From Nemertoderma westbladi (lineage: Eukaryota; Animalia; Xenacoelomorpha), in NCBI GenBank assembly GCA_032718475.1, contig JAUCBJ010008006.1, positions 12,835 to 76,834 of the forward strand: a stretch of 64,000 nt of DNA. The letters are read 5' to 3'. The position numbers and the translations under genes were made by a program. Position 1 is the first letter of the stretch. Every line of letters starts with the position of its first letter. Shown piece by piece: positions 37,673-49,900 of this stretch. The notes beneath the pieces are model-generated. The model saw only the letters and a list, made by a program, of their open reading frames with translations. It searched no databases and had not been told where the DNA came from.

Positions 37673-38907
37673 CTGTATATCACACCGGTGGATATTATGT
37701 ATATCACACCGGTTGGTATTCTGTATACCACACCGGCTAATATTCTGTATATCACACCGGTTGATATTCTGTATGTATATAACACCGGTTGATATTCTGT
37801 ATATCACACCGGTTAATATTCTGTATATATCACACCGGTTGATATTCTGTATATCACACCGGTGGATATTATGTATATCACACCGGTTGATATTCTGTAT
37901 ATCACACCGGTTGATATTCTGTATGTCACCCCGGTTGATATTCTGTATATCACACCGGTTGATATTCTGTATATCACACCGGTTGATATTCTGTATATCA
38001 CACCGGTTGATATTCTGTATATCACACCGGTTGATATTCTGTATATCACACCGGTTGATATTCTGTATATCACACCGGTTGATATTCTGTATATCACACC
38101 GGTTGATATTCTGTATATCACACCGGTTGATATTCTGTATATCACACCGGTTGATATTCTGTATATCACACCGGTTGATATTCTGTATATCACACCGGTC
38201 GATATTCTGTATATCACACCGGTTGATATTCTGTATATCACACCGGTTGATATTCTGTATATCACACCGGTTGATATTATGTATGTCACCCCGGTTGATA
38301 TTCTGTATATATCACACCGGTTGATATTCTGTATATCACACCGGTTGATATTCTGTATATCACACCGGTTGATATTCTGTATGTATATCACCCCGGTTGA
38401 TATTATGTATATCACACCGGTTGATATTCTGTATACAACACCGGTTGATATTCTGTATATCACACCGGTTGATATTCTGTATATCACCCCGGTTGATATT
38501 CTGTATGTATATCACACCGGTTGATATTCTGTATGTATATCTCCCCGGTTGATATTCTGTATGTATATCACCCCGGTTGATATTATGTATATCACACCGG
38601 TTGATATTCTGTATACCACACCGGTTGATATTCTGTATATCACACCGGTTGATATTCTGTATATCACCCCGGTTGATATTCTGTATGTATATCACACCGG
38701 TTGATATTCTGTATGTATATCACCCCGGTTAATATTATGTATATCACACCGGTTGATATTCTGTATACCACACCGGTTGATATTCTGTATATCACACCGG
38801 TTGATATTCTGTATATCACACCGGTTGATATTCTGTATATCACATCGGTTGATATTCTGTATGTATATCACACCGGTTGATATTCTGTATGTATATCACT
38901 CCGGTTA
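37673..38907. repeat. 24/28-bp intronic minisatellite, right part
   Basis: Same unit as 33916-36618. Confidence 0.97.
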
Positions 38908-39378
38908 TATAGAGTTGCTAAATTCGTATATTTATATGAAATTTGTTTTACTAATAGTACAACTTGCGTTTCTCCCCAATCAGATTCAGATTGTCACATT
39001 ATTTTTCTAAGTTCTAAAAATGTTAGGTATTTAATAAAATGTTCTAGAACATGTTTTTGTATTCCATATAGTTGTTGAAAAAGTTACGGTACTAGATATT
39101 TTTTACATTTCATTTTCTAGAACGTGTTCGCTGTTATATAAAAAAAACTTTTGTATACAAAACAAAGCGATCATGTTGCAAACACCAGCAGCTAGCTATT
39201 GATTAAATTTTGTGATAACAAACGTTCTAGAATAAAAAAAAAAGATGTTCTAGAACATTTCGAAACAATGGCTATGCTAATATATTATGTTAACACCCGT
39301 CGCTGGGCTCCTCTCGGGTCATAACGCCCATAGATTGATATTTTTCGCACAATTATATAAATAGTTGGCAAAGGCTAC

Positions 39379-39454
39379 TGACCGGACTCGTTCACCGGAC
39401 CGGACCGGACCGGACCCGACTCGTTCACCGGACCGGACCGGACCGGACCGGACC
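39379..39454. repeat. (CCGGA)n microsatellite with a short duplication
   Basis: GACTCGTTCACCGGACCGGACCGG twice. Confidence 0.75.
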
Positions 39455-39691
39455 CATTGCCATTTAAAGAAGCAGGTTAGTAAAGGAGCAGGTTACAGAG
39501 GCGTGTTGGGGGAACCAAAACAATAAACGAAAGTTAACACATGTTACAAGATTATGGGTCAGGTTACTTAAGTTGTGGTAATAAAGGTCCGGTCAATAAT
39601 ACACAAGTAAAATATAAATCAAATATAAAGCTTCAATACGGTATTTAGAGGGTCCGGCCAGGAGACACTTCTTAAATAGTTAACCACTTAC

Positions 39692-39788
39692 CACTGCGAT
39701 CGGAGTTATCCGTAGCTGTGCGTGTCACTTGACGGGTTATGTGATGGGCTGCTTGGCGGGTTACTTGATGGGTTGTACGGCGGGTCCC
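39692..39788 (-). CDS. Host gene internal exon, 97 bp, not in the ORF track (GTRRTTHQVTRQAAHH...DRS)
   Basis: aag| acceptor and |GTAAGT donor; phase 0 to phase 1 bridges the flanking exons exactly. Confidence 0.7.
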
Positions 39789-40182
39789 CTTATTTAGCTT
39801 CACACTATTATCAGACATTTCGGCGCAATTAAACAATAATTCCCCCTGAATCTAGAAATAAAATTGTAATCAATAATTATTTATATATTTATTAATATTA
39901 TTACACAATCTGGGGAGGGGGGGCGGTCTAAAACTCCGGAATTTTCTGGGATGCCCCCCACCCCGCTGAATGGCCCTTACAGGGGGCTGTTTGGTTAACA
40001 CCCGCTAATACGGGGCTAAAAATATATTAAATACAGTTCCGCGTAACACCACTGGTTAGTGGACCAGTAAAGTACATTCACGATTTTTAATATTAAAACC
40101 TTAATAAATTTGCGACTACAGGTTAAGTATAATTCAACCTTTCTATAAATACAATAACTATAATAATAACGCTAACGCTAAC

Positions 40183-41236
40183 CTTCTCTTGAATATTTTC
40201 GTTCTCAGTGACCACAGGTTCAATGGCCTCGCGAATAACTTCAGTCTCATCCCCGGCAACCTTTGGTGGGTCATCAGCAACATCAACCGTATTAGAAACC
40301 ACGGCGGCATCCACCACTGTATCGCACACTTCATCATCCACCTCCATTACATCGTCGACTACATCACCAAACTCGTTGCTACGACCTTCAGCAACAGCTG
40401 TGCCCATTACATCGTCAACTACATCACCAAACTCGTCGCTACGACCTTCAGCAACAGCTGTGCCCATTACATCGTCAACTACATCACCAAACTCGTCGCT
40501 ACGACCTTCAGCAACAGCTGTGTCGGTAGCGCCAGGTATAGAATCGTCGGAGGGGGATACAGACCCGTGGGTTTCCGGTTGGAATCGCTCGGATGGTAAC
40601 GTGTCCTGGTCAATGTCCGACTCGTCACGCGTTTCAGAATCATCGTCACGCACCTCGATGTTATCACGCTCACCTTCGGCTTCGAGCGCCTCCAACTCGG
40701 CGTCACACGTTACGTCCTCACACGTGTCACACACATCGTCATCAACACTATTAAGCATATCCAATTCAATGTCACGAACATACATCCCAGTTTCACGATC
40801 ATCCTCCCCACCACTGTCACCCGCATCCTCCCCACCACTGTCACCCGCATCCTCCCCAACACTGTCACCCGCATCCTCCCCAACACTGTCACCCGCATCC
40901 TCCCCAACACTGTCACCCGCCACCTCCCCAACACTGTCACCCGCCTCCTCCCCAACACTGTCACCCGCCTCCTCCCCAACACTGTCACCCACATCCTCCC
41001 CAACACTGTCACCCGCATCCTCTCTGGTTTCACTCACCCCCGACACACTGTCACGAACCTCGACCTCATTACTCCGAACACCGGACGGACTTCTCGCGTG
41101 CAGGTTTTGGTCCGAAGTGGATATGCGATCCGCACGGCCGTCCGAATCGTTGTCAGGGAGACCGTCTGCGGTAACCCGTGGCTCCTCGTGCGGGTCGATT
41201 CCAGACTCCTGACTTTCTACGCTAACCTCAGGCTCC
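40183..41236 (-). CDS. Host gene internal exon, very acidic, with 8-aa (EDAGDSVG) and 20-aa repeats
   Basis: ttttttag| acceptor; AAG|GTTAGC donor; open frame. Confidence 0.8.
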
Positions 41237-41797
41237 CTAAAAAACATCGGGCAAATATATAACACCTAGGATTGTATGAAATTACCACCAACAAGAGCTC
41301 GGTTCAATAAATTTAACCTTCGCAAACTCTCACATAACCAATTCATACAATTTAAAATTGGTACCAGTTAAACATTTCTACCTAGGTTTGGTTGGGTAGG
41401 ACCAAATTAAACCTATTAATACTGGGATGTTTAGACCATTAGCAGCACTAGGGTAGATTCGTCCCACCAATGTATTTTTGTAACAATACATAAACGATTA
41501 GGCCTACCCGGGAGTGCTTTTAATTAAATTGAATTTAACTAAAAAATGCTGTTAATTTGTTCAATAGGCCTACTTGAGGAAAACTACCACGCAGAATGTT
41601 TTAGTTAAGTTCTTTAATTCGATTCAGCGCCATGGAAACCCCCGAAAATTGAAGCAACTTCAAAATTTAGAAGACTTTCAGAAAATATAAAAAAATTCAA
41701 TTTGGGTCCCACGAATGGTTTTTGGTGAAACATAAGGCCAATATCACTACATTTTGAAAGTTCTTCCATTTCATTCGGCACCAATAATTGCACTAAC

Positions 41798-42083
41798 GTG
41801 TTATTCGTTATGAATTGAGTGTCTGTACTATCGGTTACACTGGTAGAGGTAGTATCCGTTGTACCACTGCCACTGGTTACACTGGTAGTATCCGCTGTAC
41901 CATTAGTTACACTGGTAGTATCCGCTGTACCATTAGTTACACTGGTAGTGGTAGAATCCGTTGTACCATGAGTTACACTGGTATTATCTACTGTACCGTT
42001 GGTATCAATATTGTTGGGTATTCTCTTATTCACATTGTCCATATCGCCATCAACCACATCGTCTATCATCTCTTCCAATGTCT
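41798..42083 (-). CDS. Host gene internal exon, Thr-rich 10-aa repeats (TTSVTNGTAD)
   Basis: cgtag| acceptor (phase 1) and AC|GTTAGT donor (phase 2) match the neighbouring exons. Confidence 0.7.
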
Positions 42084-42309
42084 CTACGATTTACAAATAG
42101 AATACCGTATAATACCGGTCAATACAGTAAATACTAAATATAAATAATGTAACACACATATATACTGTTAGTTGCTGAGTTATCCCATTGCAGTATTGTA
42201 TAAGGACTTGCATCTCGATTCTATGAAAATATTCCAGAACATGCAGATTGCAGGTACTGCGTGAATGATGAGCGCTAGGCCTCTACCTTCACTGCTACAC
42301 TGTATTGGT

Positions 42310-43649
42310 AGGGTGGTTCATATTTCAACAATTTTTGAATTTCAGCTGGGTTCATGTTCTAATTTGTTCCAAATTGCATAACAACTCGTTTGATAACTTG
42401 CATCATAGTAGCTGCTTGAGCCGTCGCCCGGTCCCACATAAAATGTAATCGTGGGACTACTTCTTGTCATTGTTAGGTAAAAAGGTATACAAATTTAAAT
42501 TTCTTGCACAATTTGCTACAGAATTGTCGTTGAACCCAAATGAAAATGTTAGTATTAAATTCTTTCACATGTCCACATCCAGTTCCCGCCCTAGCCGCAA
42601 GAGAGTCATATTCCCCATTTTTGTGAAAATCAACTTCTTATTCCTACCACATGGATATTATGCTCATTAGAACCACAATGACCGATTTAGTTGGTGTAGA
42701 CACTTTCAAAATAAGCATAGAGCGAATCGTTTTTGAGATATTGCAGAAAATATGAAGTCCGGCACAAGTCAACATTAGCGCCTTGATGCGATATTGACAA
42801 ATACACTAAAAATGATACTTATAATTATCTCAAGGCATCCACAATTCACACATAACTGCAGTGATCAATTTAGGGGATGTTGGCACTCTAAAAATATGAG
42901 TTGATTGATTAGTTCTCGGGTTATTGTACAAAATGTCTGGACTGAGTCAACTCAATATAAGGTCATTAATTGGTGGACCTAACCTTGATATTTTGTACAA
43001 TAACTCAAAAACTAATCACTCAACTCATATTTTTAGAGTGTCAACATCCCCTAAATTGCTCAGTCAGTGCAGTTATGTGGGAATTGTGGATGCCATGAGA
43101 AAATTAGAATTATAATTTTTAGTGTATTTGTCAATACCACATCAAGGCGCTAATGTTGACTTGTATCGGACTTCGGTTCTACAATATTTCAAAAACTATT
43201 CGATCTATGCTTGTTTTGAAGGTGTCTAGACCAACTACATCGGTCATTGCGGTTCTAATGAGCATAATATCAATATGGTAGGGATACTAGAAGTTGATCA
43301 TCACAATAATGGGGAATATGACTCACTTGCGGCAAGGGCGGGAACTGGATGTGGACATGTGAAAGAATTTAATACTAACATTTTCAGTTGGGTTCAACGA
43401 CAATTCTGTTGTGTAAGAAATTTGAATTTGTACACCTTTTTACCTAACAATGACAAAAACTAGTCCCACGATTACATTTTATTTGGTTCCGGGTGACGGC
43501 TCAAGCAACTACTATGACGCCATGGTGGGTGTAGTTCCCGGAAACTCCAACACATTTTGAAGTTATCAAATGTATTTTGATGCAATTTGGAACAAATTAG
43601 AACATGAACCCAACTGAAATTCAAAAATTTTTGAAATATGAACCACCCC
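42310..43649. mobile_element. Non-autonomous foldback DNA transposon (Mutator/MULE-like), almost entirely palindromic
   Basis: TIR GGGTGGTTCATATTTCAA.../...TTGAAATATGAACCACCC; arms pair inward to ~42965; flanking direct repeat (C)ACTGTATTGGT, 11-12 bp. Confidence 0.88.
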
Positions 43650-43834
43650 ACTGTATTGGTCTATACCTGCTACCGTATATGTGTGTGTATCTGTGCAGTG
43701 CCGGTATAGAAAAAGGGGGTTAATGCAAAATAATAGTGCAAAATCAATGTCTCGTCTCGGCGAATTAAAAATTTGAATTAGTAGGCCTAATACTATGGTA
43801 ATCACACAAGCACTGCATCACAGATACAACCTAC

Positions 43835-44273
43835 CCGTACCGTGAGTAGAACCAATAATATAAGAATCGGAGCGACGTTCCTGCTGGGATTCCACGGCAT
43901 TCATATCCTTTGAAGTTGGTACCGGTACCAGTGCCGGTACGAGTGCCGGTACAGGAATGTAATCATCTGTCGAACTGTCAGAATTTTCGTCGTTAGTAGA
44001 AATTTCTTCATCTTTTCCTTGCAAATTACAGAACTCTAAGTCAGAAACATCATTTATATTGCGGGCAGGTGACGACTGCGGAACGAGTGCGGATTCGGTA
44101 ACCACGTCTGTCATATCTACGTCCGGCGGTAAGTAGGAATACTCTTCATTAGTAATCAATGGGGACTTTAGCAGTTCTTTTTGATTTCGGTTGAGTTCAG
44201 AAAATGTATCTTTAAAGCTATCATCGGAATCACTATTATTATTAACGTTGCCGACATTAAAATCAACATCCAT
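43835..44273 (-). CDS. Host gene probable first coding exon (MDVDFNVGN...)
   Basis: ATG at 44273; phase-1 donor G|GTAGGT (alternative GTACGG 6 nt upstream); the joined five-exon CDS is 5295 nt with an open frame. Confidence 0.7.
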
Positions 44274-45899
44274 AATTTGGTACCGGAATTTGGTACAGTA
44301 TTAGAGCAGTATTATCGATCGGGCAATGTACCTGTCATGTACCGGTACCGTACCGTATAGGCCTATCATCCTATAATACAATTATAATACATGTAGGCCT
44401 ATTGTATAGGCAGATAGATACGGTAGGGTCTAGAGTGTAGAGGCCGCCTCGGTAATCAGGGTAGTCTCGTTTCGGGTGTATACCAGATGACCGGCAACCG
44501 GTATAGCAGAAAATGTCCACCCCCTCAAAATTATCCTCCCGACTGCCCGGTTAAACGTTAGTGTAATTTAATTTTAACCCCCGGTTAGAATTCACTACTA
44601 CCGGTAGGGTCAGAGGGGGGCCTATTTTAACCGGGAATGAAACTACTGTGATTTATTAGTGAAATTTAACCCACCTCATTGTATTCTTACCAGGCAGCCA
44701 GGGGTGGAAAAAATCAACGTTTTTTAAAGAAATAAAATAGATTAGATTTTTTTGCTTAGGGCCTACCGGTTTTTAAAAGGGGTTTTTTTTTTAGGTTTTT
44801 AAAAAAACCTACAGGTAAAGGATTTTTAGGTTTTTTTATTATACAGTCAGACAGTTCTGCAGTTGTAGCTTGTAGGCCTAATAGGCCTAGATCAGTACAC
44901 AGTAGATACGGTATCGGTATAGGCCCCCTATAACTTTTTATAATTTGAACCTATTTCATTTGATTTATGGAGGAAGAGGACCTCCCCTCCCACGCCTCCC
45001 TCTGTCCCTCCAGACAGCCAGACCGCTGCCGCTCTGCCCTCTTCCAGTCTTCACAGATCTGCAGATAATAATCCACCACACAGCCACGCCACACTGTCAC
45101 GTTAGGGTCCTACGAATTACCCAAAAAAACACAATATTACCAAAAAAAAACACAAAAATACACAAAAAAACACAATATTACCCAAAAAAAACTACGGGTA
45201 CCCAAAAAGAATGTTTTTCATAAACAATGTATCTACAATAAGATTTAGGTTAATTGTAAGAAGAGTTTCAGTTTTCAATTTTCACTTTTTTCAAAATATT
45301 ACATTTTGTTCATTTTAAGATTCCTTTAATCTGTTAATGACCTACTGCCACCGGTTTACCGGCAAGCCTACCCAGCCATACTGCCAGACAGCATGCAAAA
45401 TCAGATTTCTTAATTAATGGAAAATTTTCTAACCAAAACAATAAACGATAACCAAAGAACACAGGTTACAGTCTTATTTTTCCAACCCTATAGGATAGGC
45501 CTATAAATTATTTTTGTTTTATTTTCACCCCCAGCAGCCCAGGTTAGAATGATGTCTGCATGTGGCATGGATCGGATCAGTCTAGGCCTACCTACCTACT
45601 CTACTGCAGTACTGGCAGACAGTACTGCCGACTGGACCGCCTTACAGCCTTAGCACAGTACCGGTAGCACGCCATGGCCGTAGGCTAAACACTGTAGGCC
45701 TATAGCTGTAGGCCTCTGGCCTATTGCTGTTGCATTCTTTGCATTGTCCTGTTCTGTCAGTCTGTTCAGCTGTTGTCTGACTGTCTTCCGCTGTACCGGT
45801 ATAGCTTTAGGGCGTAGGCCTATCTGCCTATTGCCGTTGCATTATCATGTCACATGTTGTCTGAGTCTGACAGTGTTCCACATCCACTTACATACCGAA

Positions 45900-46592
45900 A
45901 TTGTCGTTATTAGTTGGAATGGACTGCCCAACTGTCTGATTGCAAGATCGACAGTTGACAGTTTCGAGATCTGACTGCAAGATCGAACTTTAATTGCTAC
46001 GGTACCGGTACCAGTACTGCAGTACAGCAGTATTCAGGTATTACAGTACTGCAGTACAGCTGCAGTATTACAGTATTAATTGTATCTTTAAGTGTATTAC
46101 GTTATGTTCTTTAAGTCTTTAAGTGTAATTACATTGTATCCGATTTTATCGACTGATATGTAACTTTCTGTGTATACTCGTGATACTATATAGACTGTCA
46201 TTTTATTGAATTTGTTTAGTAATTCTAATGTATATTTGTAATTTTTAGTGTATGTATCTGACTTTATCGACTGTTATGTAATTTGCTGTGTATACTCGTG
46301 ATTTTACAGACGTCACTTTAACCCTTTAGCAAGCAAGACATTTTATTAGTAACCATTTTTATAAGAACACTATTTTAATTTAACTGCGTCCTTTTATGTT
46401 TCAATTGTTTTATATATGTTTTTGTCATTGTTTCGTAAACATGGTCGGTATTGGTCGCAATACTTAATTACTTACCGGTACTGTTATAATTACTTTCAGT
46501 TGGACTTTCTTTTGGTGTGTACGGGTTCCATAAGCATTAGCTTTCTTATACCCAAACTATTAAACATTAAACATTAAACATTAAACATTAAT
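45900..46592 (+). mobile_element. Possible 3' remnant of a CR1-like LINE
   Basis: WNGLP motif (~45914), T-rich 3' UTR-like sequence with an internal duplication, (ATTAAAC)n tail at ~46560-46590. Confidence 0.4.
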
Positions 46593-46599
46593 TAGTTCC

Positions 46600-46983
46600 A
46601 GTTAGCTAGTACCGTAGTACATCGACTACATCGACTGTGCTAACCGGGCCACTTAGCGTCCACCCAAAATATGTTAATATTACAATCTGACAATAGGATC
46701 GCCAGAACCTTTCTCCCCAAACACTACCTTTAATCTATTGTGAACAGTTGGGCAGTCCATTCCAACTAATAACGACACTTTATTCGGTATGTCGAGATAC
46801 GTTATCACTACGATACCACTAAGTTGTTTATACTTGTTTGTTTCTATACTTGTCGGCCTCCTTGCGTTGATATTTAAAGCTTGCGTTATCCTTAAAGGAT
46901 CGCATTTCTCCGAGAATCTATATTCTGGTGTGATAGACTCTACCATGCACTGACCTACCATCAATCTCACTACTTCGTCCTTA
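46600..46983 (-). pseudogene. Old BEL/Pao remnant (post-protease region), 3' part
   Basis: VSLLVGMDCP...DPIVRL*ILTYFGWTLSGP matches the BEL LLIG.D...T..GW...GP motif. Confidence 0.7.
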
Positions 46984-46989
46984 TTACTA

Positions 46990-49900
46990 ATAATAATAAT
47001 AATAATAATATATATTTATTTATATAGCGCCAAATTTACATAATATACGTACTCTAAGGCGCTGACAGCACATAGTACACAGTAATTAATAGTTCGTGAC
47101 TGCCATAGCAATAGTTATGAAATAAAAAAATCAACTAAAATAATGTAGTAATTAAAAACCAACAATAAAAACATCATAAAATATAGTAAAAACAAACAAT
47201 AAAAACGATCATCGTAAATATTGTAGCATATAGTAAAAAACAAACAATAAAAAAACGATCAACGCAAGCATTCCAGTGCGGGTTAAATTAAAATGTAATT
47301 AATGGCAGAATAGAATATAATGGCAGTGATAATGAATTAAAATTAATAGTAAAAACAAACAATAAAAACAACTGTTATGGTGGACTTTTTAAGATTTAAA
47401 ATATATTGATGTTAAAAACAATCGTGTATACATCCAGTACTTAAGTTAAAATTAAATTTAAAATTGAAAGTAATTAATTAAAAAATGTCAGTCGTCCATT
47501 AAAACAAATAAATAATGTTTAGTTTAGATTTAACTTCATATGCACAGCGTAATATAGGACACTAGTTTACGTGGTATTCCAGATTGTACAGGTGAGTTTT
47601 TAGACGTTTCTTAAAAATGCCCACATTCGATGATTCGCGTATGGCCGGAGGCAATGCGTTCCATACAGTTGGAGCAGCAATGGAGAACGATCGCCTACCA
47701 TAATGTTCCGTATTGTAGCGAGGGGCCACGAGTAAACCCAGCCCGCTGGATCGCATCTCGCGGATGGGTAGGTACGGAGTTAGTAAGTCGCTTAGATACT
47801 TCGGGGCACAGTTATTTACGCATTTCCAAGTTAGCAAGGCAATTTTAAAGTCTATACGGCGAACTATAGGTAACCAGTGCAATGCTTTTAGGGTTGGAGT
47901 TATATGGTCCCTCTTCTTTACACCACATAGAAGTCGAGCCGCGGAGTTTTGAACGTACTGTAGTTTCTGAATGGATTTTTTTGGCAGACCGTAGTAGAGA
48001 GAATTATTGGCGTCAAGCTTTGATGTTACAAGTGCGTGTATAAGTATTTCCATGTTTTGTTTGTTGACGTATCGCTTTATCTTTGAAAGATTCCTTAAAT
48101 GGAAGAATGCCTCACGAACGGTGATTCCTATTTGCTTGCACATTGTAAGCTGAGAGTCTAATTCGAACCCGATATTGCGAACGTTTGGGCTGCACGATAT
48201 TATGTCGCTCCCAATGGTCAGTACTGGGGGGTCCTGCTGGATGCCGAACCTGGACTGCAATAACAGGACTTTAGTTTTATCGGAATTCATTTTTAAGTAG
48301 TTTTTATCCATCCACTCCAGCACATCCACGAGGCAACTCTCAGTTACTTTTACAGCGCTGTTTAATTCAATTGGCTTGAAAATCAAATATAATTGGGTAT
48401 CATCCGCGTAGAAATGACAATGTAGACCATGCCGCTTTATTACAGCTGATAGTGAACGCGTGTATACCGTAAACAGAATCGGACCCAATACCGAACCCTG
48501 TGGTAGTCCATAGCGGAGGTGCTTTGCGATGGAATATGTATTCCCAATACGCACCTGTTGCGAGCGCTCCGATAGATATGATACGAACCATTTAAGGGCG
48601 ACGCCATCAATGCCAATATCGTGTTTAAGTATCTGCAATAGTTTGCTATGTTCAACCGTGTCGAATGCCGCGCTTAAATCAAGTGTGATAAACAAACACA
48701 CCGAACCATCGTCAATTCCACGAAGTACCGTATCAGCAACAGATAACAAAGCAGTTTCCGTACCGTGTAATGGGCGGTAGGCACTCTGGTAGGGTTCATG
48801 CAGACCGTTCAGATTCATGTGGTGCTTTAACTGCTCTACCACCACCTTCTCAGTTAATTTGGAAATGTACAGTAAGTTCGAAACCGGTCTAAAGTGATTG
48901 AGTATTTCCGGGTCTAATCGCAATTTCTTTAGTATTGGTGTGAGAATTGCTTCTTTGAAACGCGAAGCCACAGTTCCAGTTCGTAAAGATAAGTTAATTA
49001 TCAATGTAATGACCATCAATAGTGGTTTTAAGGACATCTTTAGTATGCTGGTTGGAATCGGGTCACGTGGACTTGATTTTGACTTCGAGTCGCTTATCAG
49101 TTTTTCAACGCCGTCGCTCGTTACGTCACAAAATTTGTGAAGGACCGGTGCCGGAGGCGTCCCGGACGGCGCGGGAGGCACCCCGGGCGGCTTCCCGGAC
49201 GGTGCGGGAGGCGTCCCGGACGGCGCCCCGGATGGCGCAGGAGGTACCCTGGTCGGAGCGAGAGGCGCCCAGGATGACGTGGGAGGCGTCCCTGACGGTC
49301 CTTGAGGCGTCCCGGACGGCGCGGGAGGCGTACCAGATGGCCTGGGAGGCGACCCGCATGGCGTGGGTGTAGGCACCCCGGACGGCGCGGGCAGCACCCC
49401 AGACGGCGAGGGAGGCGTCCCGGATGGCGTGGGAGGCGTCCCGGATGGCCTGGGAGGCGACCCGCATGGCGTGGGTGGAGGCACCCCGGACGGCGCGGGC
49501 AGCACCCCAGACGGCGAGGGAGGCGTCCCGGATGGCGTGGGAGGCGTCCCGGATGGCGTCCCGGATGACGTCCCATTGTGGTTTAGACCATCTCGAATAG
49601 ATTTAATCTTATTATCGAAGTAGTTTACAAATCTGTTAGCTAATTCCAATTCAGAATTATGTCTCGGTAATATAACCTTATTTCCTCTGTGTAAAACTTT
49701 ATTGACGACTTTAAATAGTGTTTTTAGGTCCTCTGAATTGTTCTTGATTATCCCGCTATAATATTGTTCCTTAGCCGTTGAGATGGCCGCCGCTACCTTG
49801 TAACATTGGTTTCTGTATTCCAAGAGGTCAACATGCAGTTTCGTTGTCCGATATTTGCGCTCCAATCGGCGTCTAGTTCTCTTCTCATTGGCTATTGACT

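Noticed and set aside
33909-38700. ORFs such as (VDILYITP)n and (YRISTGVI)n
   Set aside because: Translations of the intronic 24-bp minisatellite
40208-41212. 334-aa Ser/Thr/Pro mucin-like ORF on the + strand
   Set aside because: Antisense shadow of the minus-strand acidic exon, which has phase-consistent splice sites
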